A DNA stretch of 64,000 nucleotides from Caldivirga sp. UBA161 (lineage in GTDB: Archaea > Thermoproteota > Thermoprotei > Thermoproteales > Thermocladiaceae), in the NCBI RefSeq assembly GCF_002506515.1, contig NZ_DAXS01000068.1:20927-84926 (forward strand). Direction: 5' to 3'. The translations under genes were made by a program, and so were the position numbers. Positions 1 through 10,673 of the stretch are shown in pieces (position 1 is the first letter of the stretch; each line of letters opens with the position of its first letter). The notes below the pieces were generated by a model. The model did not search any database and was not told where the DNA came from. It was given only the letters and a program-made list of their open reading frames with translations.

Positions 1-2
1 TA

Positions 3-659
3 TGGAGAAGGCACACTAAGGGGGAATTAAGGAGCTTAATAATACAGTTGATGCAATCGCTTAGGGAACTTAGGAGGTATTTGTGGGATGGTAACCTCAC
101 CGTGACGGGCATTGATCAAGACTTCATGGATATACTCCGTAAATTCGCCGGCAATATTAATACAACCGCAAGATTCCTAAGGAGCATACCACCCAGTTAC
201 TTGAAGTCAGCAGTGATGCTTGACCCATATGGGGATGTTGAATTAACCGAGGACATCATTAAGTCAACTAACGTATTCATAATTGGTGGCATAAGTGATA
301 GTGAAGTAATTAGGAAGGGTGAAACCTTTGAACTATATAAAAGCCTAGGGCTACATGAACTTAACATACCTAGGGTTAAGTTAACCCTGAGGGGGGTGTT
401 GACTGGTGTTCCTGAAAGAATAAATAAACTAGTGTCAATAATACTAATGGTTAAGTACAGTGGCTATAATCTTGAGGACGCCGTAATAGCCAATCAATCT
501 AAGGCTGATAAGATTAATAGGCTTAATAGGGAGTTAAGCATGTTGAGGAATATTGATTCAGGTACTTTAGGTAATTTATTAACTTGGCTTGGTTTAATTC
601 CGTGGGATAGTAAGGTTATGTCCGCGTTAAGGAGGTATGGATTACTTTCCAGCAATTAG
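3..659 (+). CDS. trm10: Trm10-like SPOUT tRNA (purine-9-N1) methyltransferase, 5'-truncated by window edge
   Basis: Frame is open from position 3 (WRRHTKGELRSLIIQLMQ...). LDPYGDVELTED and FIIGGISD match Trm10 SPOUT motifs; GVPERINK is typical of archaeal members. Confidence 0.75.
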   Translation, partial: WRRHTKGELRSLIIQLMQSLRELRRYLWDGNLTVTGIDQDFMDILRKFAGNINTTARFLRSIPPSYLKSAVMLDPYGDVELTEDIIKSTNVFIIGGISDSEVIRKGETFELYKSLGLHELNIPRVKLTLRGVLTGVPERINKLVSIILMVKYSGYNLEDAVIANQSKADKINRLNRELSMLRNIDSGTLGNLLTWLGLIPWDSKVMSALRRYGLLSSN

Positions 660-679
660 TGGAGGCGCTTTAATTCATT

Positions 680-1165
680 CTATGTTATTATGTACTCATC
701 CCCCCTCTTCTTTATTAAACCAGCGTAAGCTCCCCACTCTGATAACAGTATTGTTAATAAATCCCTTATTCCAGGTGCCTTAAATTCGCTGTAACCCTTG
801 TTAACCAAGGCCATTATTAGCTTCTCCAGTGGGAAGGGTTCATCCTTACCTATCTCTATTGCGGTCTTAAATGGCTCAATATTAGATATTAATTCACGTA
901 ATATTCTTCTCCGTTCAGGTATTTTTGAGCCTAGGAATTTAACACCAAGTTCAGTAACAACTACGTCGCCGTTAGTTAACTTTAGGAATCCTAGGTATAT
1001 GGCTGCGTTTAAATTAGGTATTATGTCATCTAGGTCAGCATCCATATGCTGGGCCACTGCGTAAATGTCGGCCTTTCCCCCAAAATCATTAAGTATAGTG
1101 TCTATTAACCCAATTACATCTGTTAACCTCGAATCCAGCGGCATTATTAGGCTTCTTTGCCCCAT
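680..1165 (-). CDS. Stand-alone AAA-associated C-terminal (winged-helix-like) domain protein
   Basis: GKADIYAVA..DLDDIIP..AAIYLGF..LTNGDVVVTELG..F..LSEWGAYAGLI resembles the C-terminal domain of nitrate/sulfonate ABC ATPases; no Walker motifs. Confidence 0.6.
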   Translation of the reverse strand: MGQRSLIMPLDSRLTDVIGLIDTILNDFGGKADIYAVAQHMDADLDDIIPNLNAAIYLGFLKLTNGDVVVTELGVKFLGSKIPERRRILRELISNIEPFKTAIEIGKDEPFPLEKLIMALVNKGYSEFKAPGIRDLLTILLSEWGAYAGLIKKRGDEYIIT

Positions 1166-1199
1166 ACATTATCTAGTAGTTTAACTGCGCTGGCTTTAT

Positions 1200-1754
1200 T
1201 TATGAACCTTTCGCAGAAATAAACATAGACCTTCCTCCCTCTTTACTCCTAATAATATCCACCCACACATTATCCTTAACGAAGCTTGGTAAGTTTAAAC
1301 CCTGTTGACCGCCGTCGGATTCACCATCATACCCATTACTGCAGTTGTAGGTATTAATACTGGTAATGAGCTTCTTTAAATCCATTATAGCGTTAATCAA
1401 TTGAGCGTAATTATCCTTAATTAACTTAATCTCACTCATTAATGAATTAAGCACTTCACTTACACTACTTAACTCTAGGTTGCTTGCCGACGGGGGTTGA
1501 TTAATACTTACTGTGAAGCTTAGGTTAATTAATGCTGCCGCAGGTGGCTGTGCATTAGCATCACTGGACTTAGTGGATTCTTGAACCTTCTCAACATTAC
1601 TTACATTATCTCTTGAATAAGCCCTGTACTTTGATAAGGCCTTATACACTGTGTTTATTGATATACCTAACCTTTGAGCTATCTCCCTAGGCTTCAAACC
1701 CTGCCTATAATACAAGTCTCCCACCGCTAACTCAGTCTTAGTTAACTTACCCAT
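1200..1754 (-). CDS. HTH domain protein (sigma-70 region 4-like N-terminus) with coiled-coil
   Basis: LYYRQGLKPREIAQRLGISINTVYKALSKYR is a clear helix-turn-helix. Confidence 0.65.
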   Translation of the reverse strand: MGKLTKTELAVGDLYYRQGLKPREIAQRLGISINTVYKALSKYRAYSRDNVSNVEKVQESTKSSDANAQPPAAALINLSFTVSINQPPSASNLELSSVSEVLNSLMSEIKLIKDNYAQLINAIMDLKKLITSINTYNCSNGYDGESDGGQQGLNLPSFVKDNVWVDIIRSKEGGRSMFISAKGS

Positions 1755-1825
1755 GATTATACAACTATAGTTATGATTCAGAGTAATAATAATTTATTGT
1801 TTAAAAAACATGAAATACCCTTATA

Positions 1826-4111
1826 TTACCTAGCTACACTACGGCTCCTAGCCAGTAATACCAGTAATATTATAATAAGTATTAGCACCACGTAAAATAG
1901 TATTGAGGCCAACTTATTAGGTATCAGTAGGCTAACGAATTGCTGTGATAGTGATGGGTTAACGTGAACCGTGAATTCATCATTCTGAACCATTGGTATT
2001 AATGAACCAGTCTGATTCCATAATAACGTTAATGTGACTTTATAATCCCCTGGATTTATACCGTTCTGAACATCAACCATGAAGACAACTTGCTTCTCCT
2101 GCCCCGGCTTCAAATCACCTATAAATAATGTACCAGCCGTTAATGCGCTAAGTGGGTTACTACTACTCACGTGCGGTTCAATTACCCCTTGCCCATTTAA
2201 AATAACCTCAACATTCTTAGCTGTTACGTTACCATTATTAACTATCGTTATGTAAAGTGGTACATTACTATCACCTACACTTAAGTCACTGGTTGCGTTA
2301 ATTATGAGTATATTAGCCTTGGGTTTAATGACCAATGGTATAGTGTAAGTCTTATTGAAGCCTGTTCCATTAATTATAAGCGTTAAGTTGGCTTGAACAG
2401 TGCCATATATGTTATTAGCCGTAGATAGAATGAAGTTAACGGGTATAGGTTCACCAACAGGTAGGTTGCCAATATTAATGGCGCCATTTGATGGATTAAT
2501 TACACTAATGTACTTATCACCAATTAGCGTAATCTTTACATTCCTAGCCACAGCAGTACCTGAGTTACCTAAGTATACTGTTAAAAGCAACTCAGGGTAG
2601 CCTGGGAATAAGTTGGGTGGATTAGTGTAATAGGATTCAACAATAACATTGGGGACTCCAGTGACTATAATGGGGATCCTCCTAATTGTTAATAAGCCAC
2701 CACTGTAAGTTAATGTTAAATTCGCGTAATATGTCCCGGCCTTAACGTTAGTTACATTAACCATGAAGGTTACGTAGACTGGAACGCCAATGGGTAAGTC
2801 GCCGATTGTTGCATTACTGGTTAATGCTATGAATCCTGCTGGTAACGATACATTAGCCTTAACATTCATGGCAGGAGCTGTACCAGAATTAACTATAATG
2901 AACGTTAATGGTACAGCACCGTAACCTGGACCAACAGTAATGGGACTGCTTGGTGAACCCCATACAGTACCCTCACTTATTAGTTTTGGCTCCCCTGAAA
3001 CAACAATGGGGACCCTTAGCGTTGATTTAAGCCCATTATTATACGTTAACGTTAAGTTTGCGTAGTAGGTGCCTGGGCTTACATCAGATACATTAACAAT
3101 AAATACTGCATAAACCGGAATACCCACGGGGGCGCCACCTATTGTTGTGAAGTTGACTAGCGTTGTGAAGCCTCTTGGTAATGATAATGTGGCATTAATG
3201 TTAACTGCATTAGCGGTACCGGAGTTCACTATGGTTACGAATAATGGGACAATACCGTAACCAGGCCCCACTGCAATGGGGTTGCTTGGTGAACCCCAGC
3301 CTGCGCCCTCTACAACAAGCCTTGGTTCACCTATGATTGGTATATTAACCGTAATCACTTGTGTTGCATTGGAGAAGTAATGTAGGATTACTTCACCATT
3401 GATTACACCAACTGGAGCCTTATTGGTTATGTTAACCAGGAATACCGCGTAAACAGGTGTCCCAGGGGGTACGTAACCTATGTAACTCCTATTAATTATT
3501 GGCACTAACCCATTACTTAGGATTATTGTTGCTGATGCATTGGAGGCCATGACATTACCAGTGTTGAGTATTGGTATAACTAAGGGCAGGATACCTATAC
3601 CCGGCGTAGCCTCAATGGGGTTGTTAATTGAACCCCACGTTGGTAGGCCTGGGTTAAACTTAACATAGCCTAACACTGGTATAGTTATATTGAAGGTACT
3701 GCTGGCGCTTCGTGGCGTAATAATCATGCTTCTATTCACTATTACCTCGCTTAGCTCAACATATGTTGCATTAACCTTAAGCTCATAGACTCCGTTGCCG
3801 GCGCTTGGATTAATATTAATTAACTCAGTTATGTTAATGCTTGAGCCAGGTGGCAACACTGGTATTGTTACCTTATATGAACTATTGAAGTAATTATATG
3901 GCCCAAAGGGGTAAGTGAAGATTGGTTTAATGGTTATATTGAATAATGCGCTTTCACCATTATTAATAATTGATAATACTAATGGCACCGCACTCTGGCC
4001 TGGTGCGGCAAGTACGCTTACTTGACCTGTAACCACCAGTGCATTGGCCACGTTAGTTAATAATATGAGCGCAGCCACCATTAACGTAACCATTGTTATC
4101 TTAACGTTCAT
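1826..4111 (-). CDS. COG1361-like S-layer/cell-surface protein with Ig-like repeats
   Basis: Signal peptide, repeated N-x-G-x-x-x-A-x-N-V beta modules, many N-x-S/T sequons, C-terminal TM helix plus basic tail. Confidence 0.8.
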   Translation of the reverse strand: MNVKITMVTLMVAALILLTNVANALVVTGQVSVLAAPGQSAVPLVLSIINNGESALFNITIKPIFTYPFGPYNYFNSSYKVTIPVLPPGSSINITELININPSAGNGVYELKVNATYVELSEVIVNRSMIITPRSASSTFNITIPVLGYVKFNPGLPTWGSINNPIEATPGIGILPLVIPILNTGNVMASNASATIILSNGLVPIINRSYIGYVPPGTPVYAVFLVNITNKAPVGVINGEVILHYFSNATQVITVNIPIIGEPRLVVEGAGWGSPSNPIAVGPGYGIVPLFVTIVNSGTANAVNINATLSLPRGFTTLVNFTTIGGAPVGIPVYAVFIVNVSDVSPGTYYANLTLTYNNGLKSTLRVPIVVSGEPKLISEGTVWGSPSSPITVGPGYGAVPLTFIIVNSGTAPAMNVKANVSLPAGFIALTSNATIGDLPIGVPVYVTFMVNVTNVKAGTYYANLTLTYSGGLLTIRRIPIIVTGVPNVIVESYYTNPPNLFPGYPELLLTVYLGNSGTAVARNVKITLIGDKYISVINPSNGAINIGNLPVGEPIPVNFILSTANNIYGTVQANLTLIINGTGFNKTYTIPLVIKPKANILIINATSDLSVGDSNVPLYITIVNNGNVTAKNVEVILNGQGVIEPHVSSSNPLSALTAGTLFIGDLKPGQEKQVVFMVDVQNGINPGDYKVTLTLLWNQTGSLIPMVQNDEFTVHVNPSLSQQFVSLLIPNKLASILFYVVLILIIILLVLLARSRSVAR
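2665..3336 (-). repeat. Intragenic tandem duplication of about 112 codons in the surface-protein gene
   Basis: GEPRLVVEGAGWGSPSNPIAVGPGYGIVPL...GTYYANLTLTY versus GEPKLISEGTVWGSPSSPITVGPGYGAVPL...GTYYANLTLTY; a more diverged copy (TWGSINNPIEATPG) precedes them. Boundaries approximate. Confidence 0.75.
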
Positions 4112-4117
4112 AGAAAC

Positions 4118-4141
4118 TCCGATATCGGATGCGTTTAAAAA
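4118..4141 (-). promoter_or_regulatory. TATA box plus perfect 12-bp palindrome TCCGATATCGGA upstream of the surface-protein gene
   Basis: Palindrome at 4118-4129 lies between TTTAAAAA (4134-4141) and the ATG at 4111. Confidence 0.45.
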
Positions 4142-4255
4142 CCTTTCTAATATTCAAATACATATCGAACTCAAGCAATGAACTTAAACTCAGAGGCGGG
4201 CATTTATGCTTGAAATATAAACTTATAAACACCTAGATAGTGTACCAATACGTAT

Positions 4256-4909
4256 ATGGAGTCTAAGCTATTGGTTAACAGGGTATACGAAGAGTTACTT
4301 AACGCCATAATTCAAGGTAGGTTTAGGCCTGGGGAGGCCTTAAGGGAGGATCGGATAGCCTCAATGCTTGGAGCCAGTAGAACACCGGTTAGGGAGGCCT
4401 TAGCTAGGCTTGAGAGGGAGGGGTTTGTGGTTAAGGATGGGAGGAGTTATGTTGTTACTCCTATAACTAAGGATGATGTTGTGCAGCTCTATGAGGAGAG
4501 GATACCGCTTGAGGCCATGGCTGCTAGGTTGGCTGCAGTTAGGGCTACTGAGGATCAATTAATTAAAATGGGTAATGCAATTGATATGATTAAGGCTGAG
4601 GTTATGCAACCTAATCCTAATCCAGTTAAGTTGGCTGAATTAAACGGTGAATTCCATGAACTTGTAGCTGAGGCAAGTGGTAACAAGTTCATTGCAGCTA
4701 CGCTTAAGCAGATTAGGCTTAAGCTCAAGATAGTTAGGGTTAACATTTTCACAAGCTATAGTAGGAGGCTGGAGGAGGCTAAGGAGCATGGGGATGTTTA
4801 TGAAGCTATAAAATCAAGGAACCCTGAGGCAGCCTTCGTGAAGATGCTTAACCATGAGCAGAATGTCCTAGAGTACGTTAAGAATAATGTCCTACCATAC
4901 TACTTCTAA
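4256..4909 (+). CDS. GntR/FadR family transcriptional regulator (wHTH + FCD)
   Basis: YEELLNAIIQGRFRPGEALRE..LGASRTPVREAL N-terminus; FHELVAEASGN and EH..VYEAI FCD motifs. Confidence 0.92.
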   Translation: MESKLLVNRVYEELLNAIIQGRFRPGEALREDRIASMLGASRTPVREALARLEREGFVVKDGRSYVVTPITKDDVVQLYEERIPLEAMAARLAAVRATEDQLIKMGNAIDMIKAEVMQPNPNPVKLAELNGEFHELVAEASGNKFIAATLKQIRLKLKIVRVNIFTSYSRRLEEAKEHGDVYEAIKSRNPEAAFVKMLNHEQNVLEYVKNNVLPYYF

Positions 4910-6863
4910 TGGCTAAGTACAGTATATATGGGGAGGCACTACCTATGTAGTGGTCTAAGCCCACGTTCTTACCCTCAATGGCGTCTATTCTAGAGCTTTG
5001 ATTCCAAGGCTCCAGTCTTGATATTGTATCCCACTCCTTTTTAGCAATCTCGAGGCCTTCATTAACCATACCCCTAAGCACCATGTGAGCGGCAACAGTG
5101 AAGCTTATCCTGGGCCAGCATGACCTCATTTGGCTTGATGAAGTATCAACTTCCCCATTAGGCTTAACCGCATTGGGCAGGCAATAGGGTGATGCCCTGT
5201 GGTTAAGCTCATATATTGATCTTAACGCTACCTTAACCTTATCCTCATCAACCACCGGTGGTAGTTTAAGGAAATCGCACCAGAATTGCCCAAGGAGTTG
5301 GCTATTCATGCATGATTCATTACTCTCCTTAGTTGATCTCCATGCTGCGAAGTAGCGGCCATTCCACATTGAATTTAATGTATCCTTACCCTTACTTAAA
5401 CATGACTCATACTTATCACTAAGCCTCACACCAAGCACATCAGCTGACTTAATTAATGCTTGAAGTGCGCATAAGAATAGGGAAGCTATGTATGATGATG
5501 CGCCATACATGTTTGTCCCATCATAGGAGTTATCAAACCCACCCCTTGAATCAGGTATGCAGTCGCCATCATAATCCCTACTGATGAGCCAATCAACCAC
5601 TTCCCGCATTTTATTGAAGTTCCTCCTTAAAACCTCAACATTACTTGTTATGAGGTAATCCCTATAAATCATGAGGATCCATGTACTCCCTAAATCATTC
5701 CACGGATATAGGTATGAGGCGCCGTATATTGGATCCTCAAGGCTCTCTTCCCCGAAGTCATGAGGGACCTCACCATTACTTATGTAGAATCCCAACAATT
5801 CATCCATTTTAACGGTTAAGTCAGGGTATAAGTCAAGTAAGGCGAAAGATAATCCATCCCATGTCATTGACCCTATGGTATTCATTAATGGCGCTATTGA
5901 TAATGATTCATAAACAGCTAATCTACCGTCCTTAGTTAACCATGTTGATGAAGTCAACACATATAGGCTATTTAATACGGCATCCCTTAACCAACCATCA
6001 GCATCAATACTAAGAGGCCTTAGTGAACCACTGTTCTCCAAGGCATATTCAGCCACTTCCACCGCTGAGTTGAAGAAGTTCTCGTAGTAATGGCCGTATG
6101 GGTAATGATGCGGCCTTGAATTAAAGAACCAGGTGATGAAGAATAATGCCTCATCATCAATCCTCCTCCACACTACTCCAGCAATCTCTTCCCTGGCATA
6201 TGGCCTTATGGAGTATCTTCCTTCATCCACTACTTTACCTAGCTTACTGAATACTGAAATATCTTCAGTCATACCACCCCTAGTAGGTACCCAGTAGGAG
6301 TAACCAGAGTAAGTGTGGCACCCTTTACAACCTATGAAGACCTCACCGTAAGCTGGGTCACTTTGCAGCGACCTTAAGTTCTTAAATAAAACACCATTAA
6401 CCTTACCTATTATTGAGTAATTAACGCGGCCCCACCTCCTACTACCTACTATGTTTGGGAATGAGAATGCAACAGTGCCATTGCCCTTAACCCTGACTAT
6501 TATTAATGGCAATGATGAATCCTTAACATTACCCTTAACAATGGGTGTATAGAATTCAATCTCACTTATTGGTAAATTACTGAACCTGTACTTAATCTTA
6601 GGATACTGAGCCTCAACCTCAATATTATCCACGTGCCTATACTGTGGCTTAACTTCAACATTCTTGCCTGGATTAGTTTGGAGAAAGAGTGGTTCCTCAC
6701 CAAGTAGTACTACGTGGAATCCCCTAATCACCTTAAGTGGATTTAACCAATTATTCATTATCGTTACATTGCCTATTGTGAGATCTGGAAAGAACTCAAT
6801 GGCACCTGCACCAATACCACCTAAGGGTAGTCCGCTGTTAAGATTTCTATTACTCACTATCAT
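4878..6863 (-). CDS. GH116 beta-glucosidase/beta-xylosidase (glucosylceramidase family)
   Basis: SGLPLGGIGAG N-terminal motif, AVYES nucleophile region, DYDGDCIPD..DNSYD acid/base region, SQLLGQFW. Start moved to ATG 6863 to avoid head-to-head overlap. Confidence 0.88.
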   Translation of the reverse strand: MIVSNRNLNSGLPLGGIGAGAIEFFPDLTIGNVTIMNNWLNPLKVIRGFHVVLLGEEPLFLQTNPGKNVEVKPQYRHVDNIEVEAQYPKIKYRFSNLPISEIEFYTPIVKGNVKDSSLPLIIVRVKGNGTVAFSFPNIVGSRRWGRVNYSIIGKVNGVLFKNLRSLQSDPAYGEVFIGCKGCHTYSGYSYWVPTRGGMTEDISVFSKLGKVVDEGRYSIRPYAREEIAGVVWRRIDDEALFFITWFFNSRPHHYPYGHYYENFFNSAVEVAEYALENSGSLRPLSIDADGWLRDAVLNSLYVLTSSTWLTKDGRLAVYESLSIAPLMNTIGSMTWDGLSFALLDLYPDLTVKMDELLGFYISNGEVPHDFGEESLEDPIYGASYLYPWNDLGSTWILMIYRDYLITSNVEVLRRNFNKMREVVDWLISRDYDGDCIPDSRGGFDNSYDGTNMYGASSYIASLFLCALQALIKSADVLGVRLSDKYESCLSKGKDTLNSMWNGRYFAAWRSTKESNESCMNSQLLGQFWCDFLKLPPVVDEDKVKVALRSIYELNHRASPYCLPNAVKPNGEVDTSSSQMRSCWPRISFTVAAHMVLRGMVNEGLEIAKKEWDTISRLEPWNQSSRIDAIEGKNVGLDHYIGSASPYILYLAIRSSMVGHYS

Positions 6864-6940
6864 TAAATACCCTTCCGGATACTGGATTTTATGCATTATT
6901 ATTTGAATAAGGGATTTAAGCCGGTTCTTAAGCCAACTAG

Positions 6941-7462
6941 GTGATGCTACTACCATTTTACAGGATTAAGAAGGAGCTTTGGATTGAGGCTTATTTAATA
7001 GGTAGGGTTGATGCGTTAGCTAAGGTTGGTTTAATTAAGTCATTTAAAACAAGTGGTGCAGATAACGGTGAATTAAAGCCCATACCCTATCAGGAGATTA
7101 GGAATATAATAAGTAATGACATTAAGTGGATTAATGATGCCATAAGTGACCTTGAGAATGGCTTAAAATTAAGGTTTAGGGATTATATACTAATCCCAAT
7201 GTATAATCCAGGTCAATACATGGCTAAGGTTAACTTAAGCCTAATGGACATAGTGACCCTGCGGGTTGCTAGGAGAATATATGAGAATTTACTTAAGGTA
7301 ATGCCTAAGGAGCCCCTAGGTGTCGGTTGGTTTAATGTAGCCCTGGAAAATGACATGGTTTTCATTAACGGTGAGTACGATGAAGCTTTAACTAATACTT
7401 ACGCTAATAATGAAAGCTTAAGGAAGGCACTAATGGGGCTCTTATTGGGGGACCAGCAATAA
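6941..7462 (+). CDS. Hypothetical protein
   Basis: 173-aa ORF with typical codon usage and TTTAAG TATA-like element upstream; no motif recognised. Confidence 0.65.
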   Translation: MMLLPFYRIKKELWIEAYLIGRVDALAKVGLIKSFKTSGADNGELKPIPYQEIRNIISNDIKWINDAISDLENGLKLRFRDYILIPMYNPGQYMAKVNLSLMDIVTLRVARRIYENLLKVMPKEPLGVGWFNVALENDMVFINGEYDEALTNTYANNESLRKALMGLLLGDQQ

Positions 7463-7469
7463 GCATTAT

Positions 7470-9083
7470 TTATTCACCCTTAATTAATTGGCGCTTAATC
7501 AAGTACTCCCTTAATGGTTTATGTAAAGCCTCCTCAACTATCCCCTTAGTGTTTATGAATGCTGAGAATGCCTTAGGTATCCTACTTACCACATCCATTG
7601 GGGTTAAGTGGTAACCCAACTCTAATGCGGCTAAGTCACCTGCAACACCTGTTATGAATGCTGCTATGGCTGCAGCCTCAAGGGTATCATTAACCCTATG
7701 AAGCATTGTTGCTAAAACCCCCGTTAATACATCACCGGTTCCACCAACAGTCATACCTGGATTACCGGTCATGTTTAGCTTAATCCTTGAGCCGTCGCTT
7801 ACAATATCTGTGTTGCCCTTAAGGAGAATTACGCTACCTGGGCAGCATTTAGAAACCTGCTCCTTAAGCCATTGCCCTGCTTCAATTGGGTTAAGTTTAG
7901 GTACATCAATACCCAATAACTCCCTTAACTCTCCAGCATGCGGAGTAAGTACTACACCTGGCTTAAGTAGGTTAAGCCTCTTCCCAATTCCAATTGCCTT
8001 TATCGCGTCAGCATCAATAACAATCCTCTTACCTAGCTTAACCGCGGTCTCAAGTATTATGTAGACTGCCTCCATTGTTGCCTTCTCAAGTCCTAATCCA
8101 GGACCTATGGCAACCACATTAGCCCTCTCAATACCTCTAAGTACTGGTCCAATATTATCCTTACTTAAAAACTCACCTTCAAGTGGTACCGCTATTAAGT
8201 TTGGCGTCTGGGATCTAATATCATGCGCAACATCATGGGGTGCATAGACTATCGGTAAGTCAGCCCCCGTTATTAATGAGGCTAACGCAGTCAACATTAT
8301 GGCTCCAGTGTAGTCTCTTGAACCCCCTATTATGGCTATTCTACCGAATTCACCCTTCTTAGAGTCAAGTTTCCTGGCATATGTTAAGTAATTTAAGTCA
8401 CCAGGCCCAACTATTAACTCAGCCTCCTTTGGGATGCCTATGTCGATCACCACCAGTTCACCAACATATGGCTTAGCCTTATCGGTAATGAGCCCACGCT
8501 TAGCCTTATGCATGGTTACTGTTAAATCAGCCTTAACAGCCTTGTCAGTAACATCACCAGTATCAGGATCCATACCTGATGGTATATCAACAGCAACCTT
8601 AGGCGCCTTTGACATGTTTATTAGGTCTATCGCCGCTGAGGCAGGCTGCCTAACCCTACCCTTAACGCCGATACCTAGGATTGCATCAATAATCACGTCA
8701 GCCCACTTAATGAAGTAATCTTGGTAGGATAATAATTCTAACTCATCCCTAGCCTCCATTATTCTACATCCCAGTAGGTTTAAGCATATCTTAAGGTTAG
8801 TGGCGGCAGGCTCCTCCCTCATGTCACTAACCCTACCTAGTAGTATAATCACAACATCCTTACCCCAATTGTAAAGGTACCTACCAGCCACAATACCATC
8901 CCCACCATTATTGCCTAAACCAGCCACAACAAGTATCCTGGTTGCGTTTGGCCATCTTGAGGTTATGATTTGCGCAACACCCCTACCGGCATTCTCCATT
9001 AATATTCTACTGTCAATGCCTAAGTACGTGGTGTTGGCATCCAGAACCCTCATCTCTAATACTGATATTGCCTCACTACTCAT
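7470..9083 (-). CDS. nnr: Bifunctional NAD(P)H-hydrate epimerase/dehydratase (YjeF)
   Basis: LMENAG, GNNGGDG, VDIPSG, AIGPGLG, DADA, LTPHAGE, GGTGDVLTG. Confidence 0.95.
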   Translation of the reverse strand: MSSEAISVLEMRVLDANTTYLGIDSRILMENAGRGVAQIITSRWPNATRILVVAGLGNNGGDGIVAGRYLYNWGKDVVIILLGRVSDMREEPAATNLKICLNLLGCRIMEARDELELLSYQDYFIKWADVIIDAILGIGVKGRVRQPASAAIDLINMSKAPKVAVDIPSGMDPDTGDVTDKAVKADLTVTMHKAKRGLITDKAKPYVGELVVIDIGIPKEAELIVGPGDLNYLTYARKLDSKKGEFGRIAIIGGSRDYTGAIMLTALASLITGADLPIVYAPHDVAHDIRSQTPNLIAVPLEGEFLSKDNIGPVLRGIERANVVAIGPGLGLEKATMEAVYIILETAVKLGKRIVIDADAIKAIGIGKRLNLLKPGVVLTPHAGELRELLGIDVPKLNPIEAGQWLKEQVSKCCPGSVILLKGNTDIVSDGSRIKLNMTGNPGMTVGGTGDVLTGVLATMLHRVNDTLEAAAIAAFITGVAGDLAALELGYHLTPMDVVSRIPKAFSAFINTKGIVEEALHKPLREYLIKRQLIKGE

Positions 9084-9230
9084 GTTAATTAAGCCCACAG
9101 TCCAGGTATATTACAGTATCGCATCAACGCTAATGAACTCACGCTCTTTGGGTTCAATGTGAATAATATTATTCGCCACTAAGATTAACATGAGGAAGTG
9201 ATTGATTAACATTTAGGTATAGTTAAGGCC

Positions 9231-10673
9231 TCATACCCCTATTGCCTTATGAAGCCTCATCCATACGCTTAACGCTACTGCGGCAGTAATAATTACTGTG
9301 ATAACTGGGTTAATAGCCAGTGGCTGCCTCACTATTAATACTATATGAGCATTATTAACAACTGCATATGTTAGGGAAGCTATTACGCTCATTATTAGTG
9401 TTATTAAGGCTATGAAGAAGCCTAAAACACGCCTCACATAATTAATACTGGTTAAGTAAAATAGTGATGTAAGGATAGGTGCTGTAGCCCAAGTAATAAT
9501 CCTAATCATTGAAATTAACCCTAGTAGGCCTGCTAATGTAAGCCCCATAGCCACCACGGCTACAACCATGAAACTAACGTAAACCGCATTAATTCCCCTG
9601 AAGTATGCCTTAGCGTACTCAGCATAATTATTCTCAATGCCAGGTAATTCACCTGAGTATAATGTTAAAGTTAAGTTAACCACCATTGGTTTAGTTAAGT
9701 TAATAGCCATGCTTGAGAAGCCACCCCCTTCATAGGCGGTTAATGCATATGAACCACAAGGTAAGGTTAAATTTAACGCCCCTTCAACATTAGGTATAAT
9801 TAATTCACCCTGATTACCTAACACTACCACGTTTGAACCCTTCGGAGCATTTACAGTAAGCCTGCATGTGGTGGAGTTAGGCGGCATCATTGGCTTTAGT
9901 AATGGGTTCACAGTAATATTAAGGTCCTTAGGCACCTCACCCACTGGTACTGGGGTTTCATTAATGATTGCGTATATTACGTAGTAGTTAAGCGGTAGGT
10001 TAATTTCATTAACCCCCGGCTTCAATGAACCGTAATTAACTAGGTAACTTAACCCTAGGTAACTGTACTGAATATTAATGCTCCTGTTAAGCTTATTAAC
10101 TATGGTTACGTTAATACCATGCCTAATGAACCATAATGCCCTTCCCCAGTATCCACTAGGTATGAGTATCATTGTTGCTGAACCGTAGCCGGCATTTGAT
10201 AGTGATTGAGTTAAATTCATACTACATATTAAATATGGCTCATTACCCCTAACAATAATTAATACTGGTATGGTGACTTGCCTAATGTAGCTTGTTAATA
10301 AATGGAGCCCAGGCCTAATACCCATTATTGTGCCTGCGTAGCATATTGACCCAGTTATGTTAGTGAAGCCTAGAATCATAACCACGTGCCTATAATCAAG
10401 TAGCGCTAAGGCAGCTACTATTGGGATATTCTTAACTCCTAATTGGTTTAAGGCATATGAAACACTTAAGGGCACTACACCAGTGAATGGCATTAAGGAA
10501 CCTCTCCCTGTTATTGCATGCATACTGAATGGGACGCCTATTAATGTTAACCCTGCATAGGTTAATGAAGCCAGTAGCGCTAAACCATATGCTAATAACC
10601 CAGTTAGTAACGCAGTTGACACCACATGGCCCATTACCCTCCTAAGCATCAGTACCATGAGCTTCTTCTCCAT
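9231..10673 (-). CDS. Membrane protein with large extracellular domain (FtsX/MacB permease-like topology)
   Basis: N-terminal TM, sequon-rich beta-rich middle, 3-4 C-terminal TM helices; overlaps upstream ORF. Confidence 0.55.
   Translation of the reverse strand: MEKKLMVLMLRRVMGHVVSTALLTGLLAYGLALLASLTYAGLTLIGVPFSMHAITGRGSLMPFTGVVPLSVSYALNQLGVKNIPIVAALALLDYRHVVMILGFTNITGSICYAGTIMGIRPGLHLLTSYIRQVTIPVLIIVRGNEPYLICSMNLTQSLSNAGYGSATMILIPSGYWGRALWFIRHGINVTIVNKLNRSINIQYSYLGLSYLVNYGSLKPGVNEINLPLNYYVIYAIINETPVPVGEVPKDLNITVNPLLKPMMPPNSTTCRLTVNAPKGSNVVVLGNQGELIIPNVEGALNLTLPCGSYALTAYEGGGFSSMAINLTKPMVVNLTLTLYSGELPGIENNYAEYAKAYFRGINAVYVSFMVVAVVAMGLTLAGLLGLISMIRIITWATAPILTSLFYLTSINYVRRVLGFFIALITLIMSVIASLTYAVVNNAHIVLIVRQPLAINPVITVIITAAVALSVWMRLHKAIGV

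Noticed and set aside
4878..4909. 32-bp convergent overlap of GntR and GH116 genes
   Set aside because: Short 3' overlaps are common in this compact genome (also at 39603-39606 and 60274-60277).
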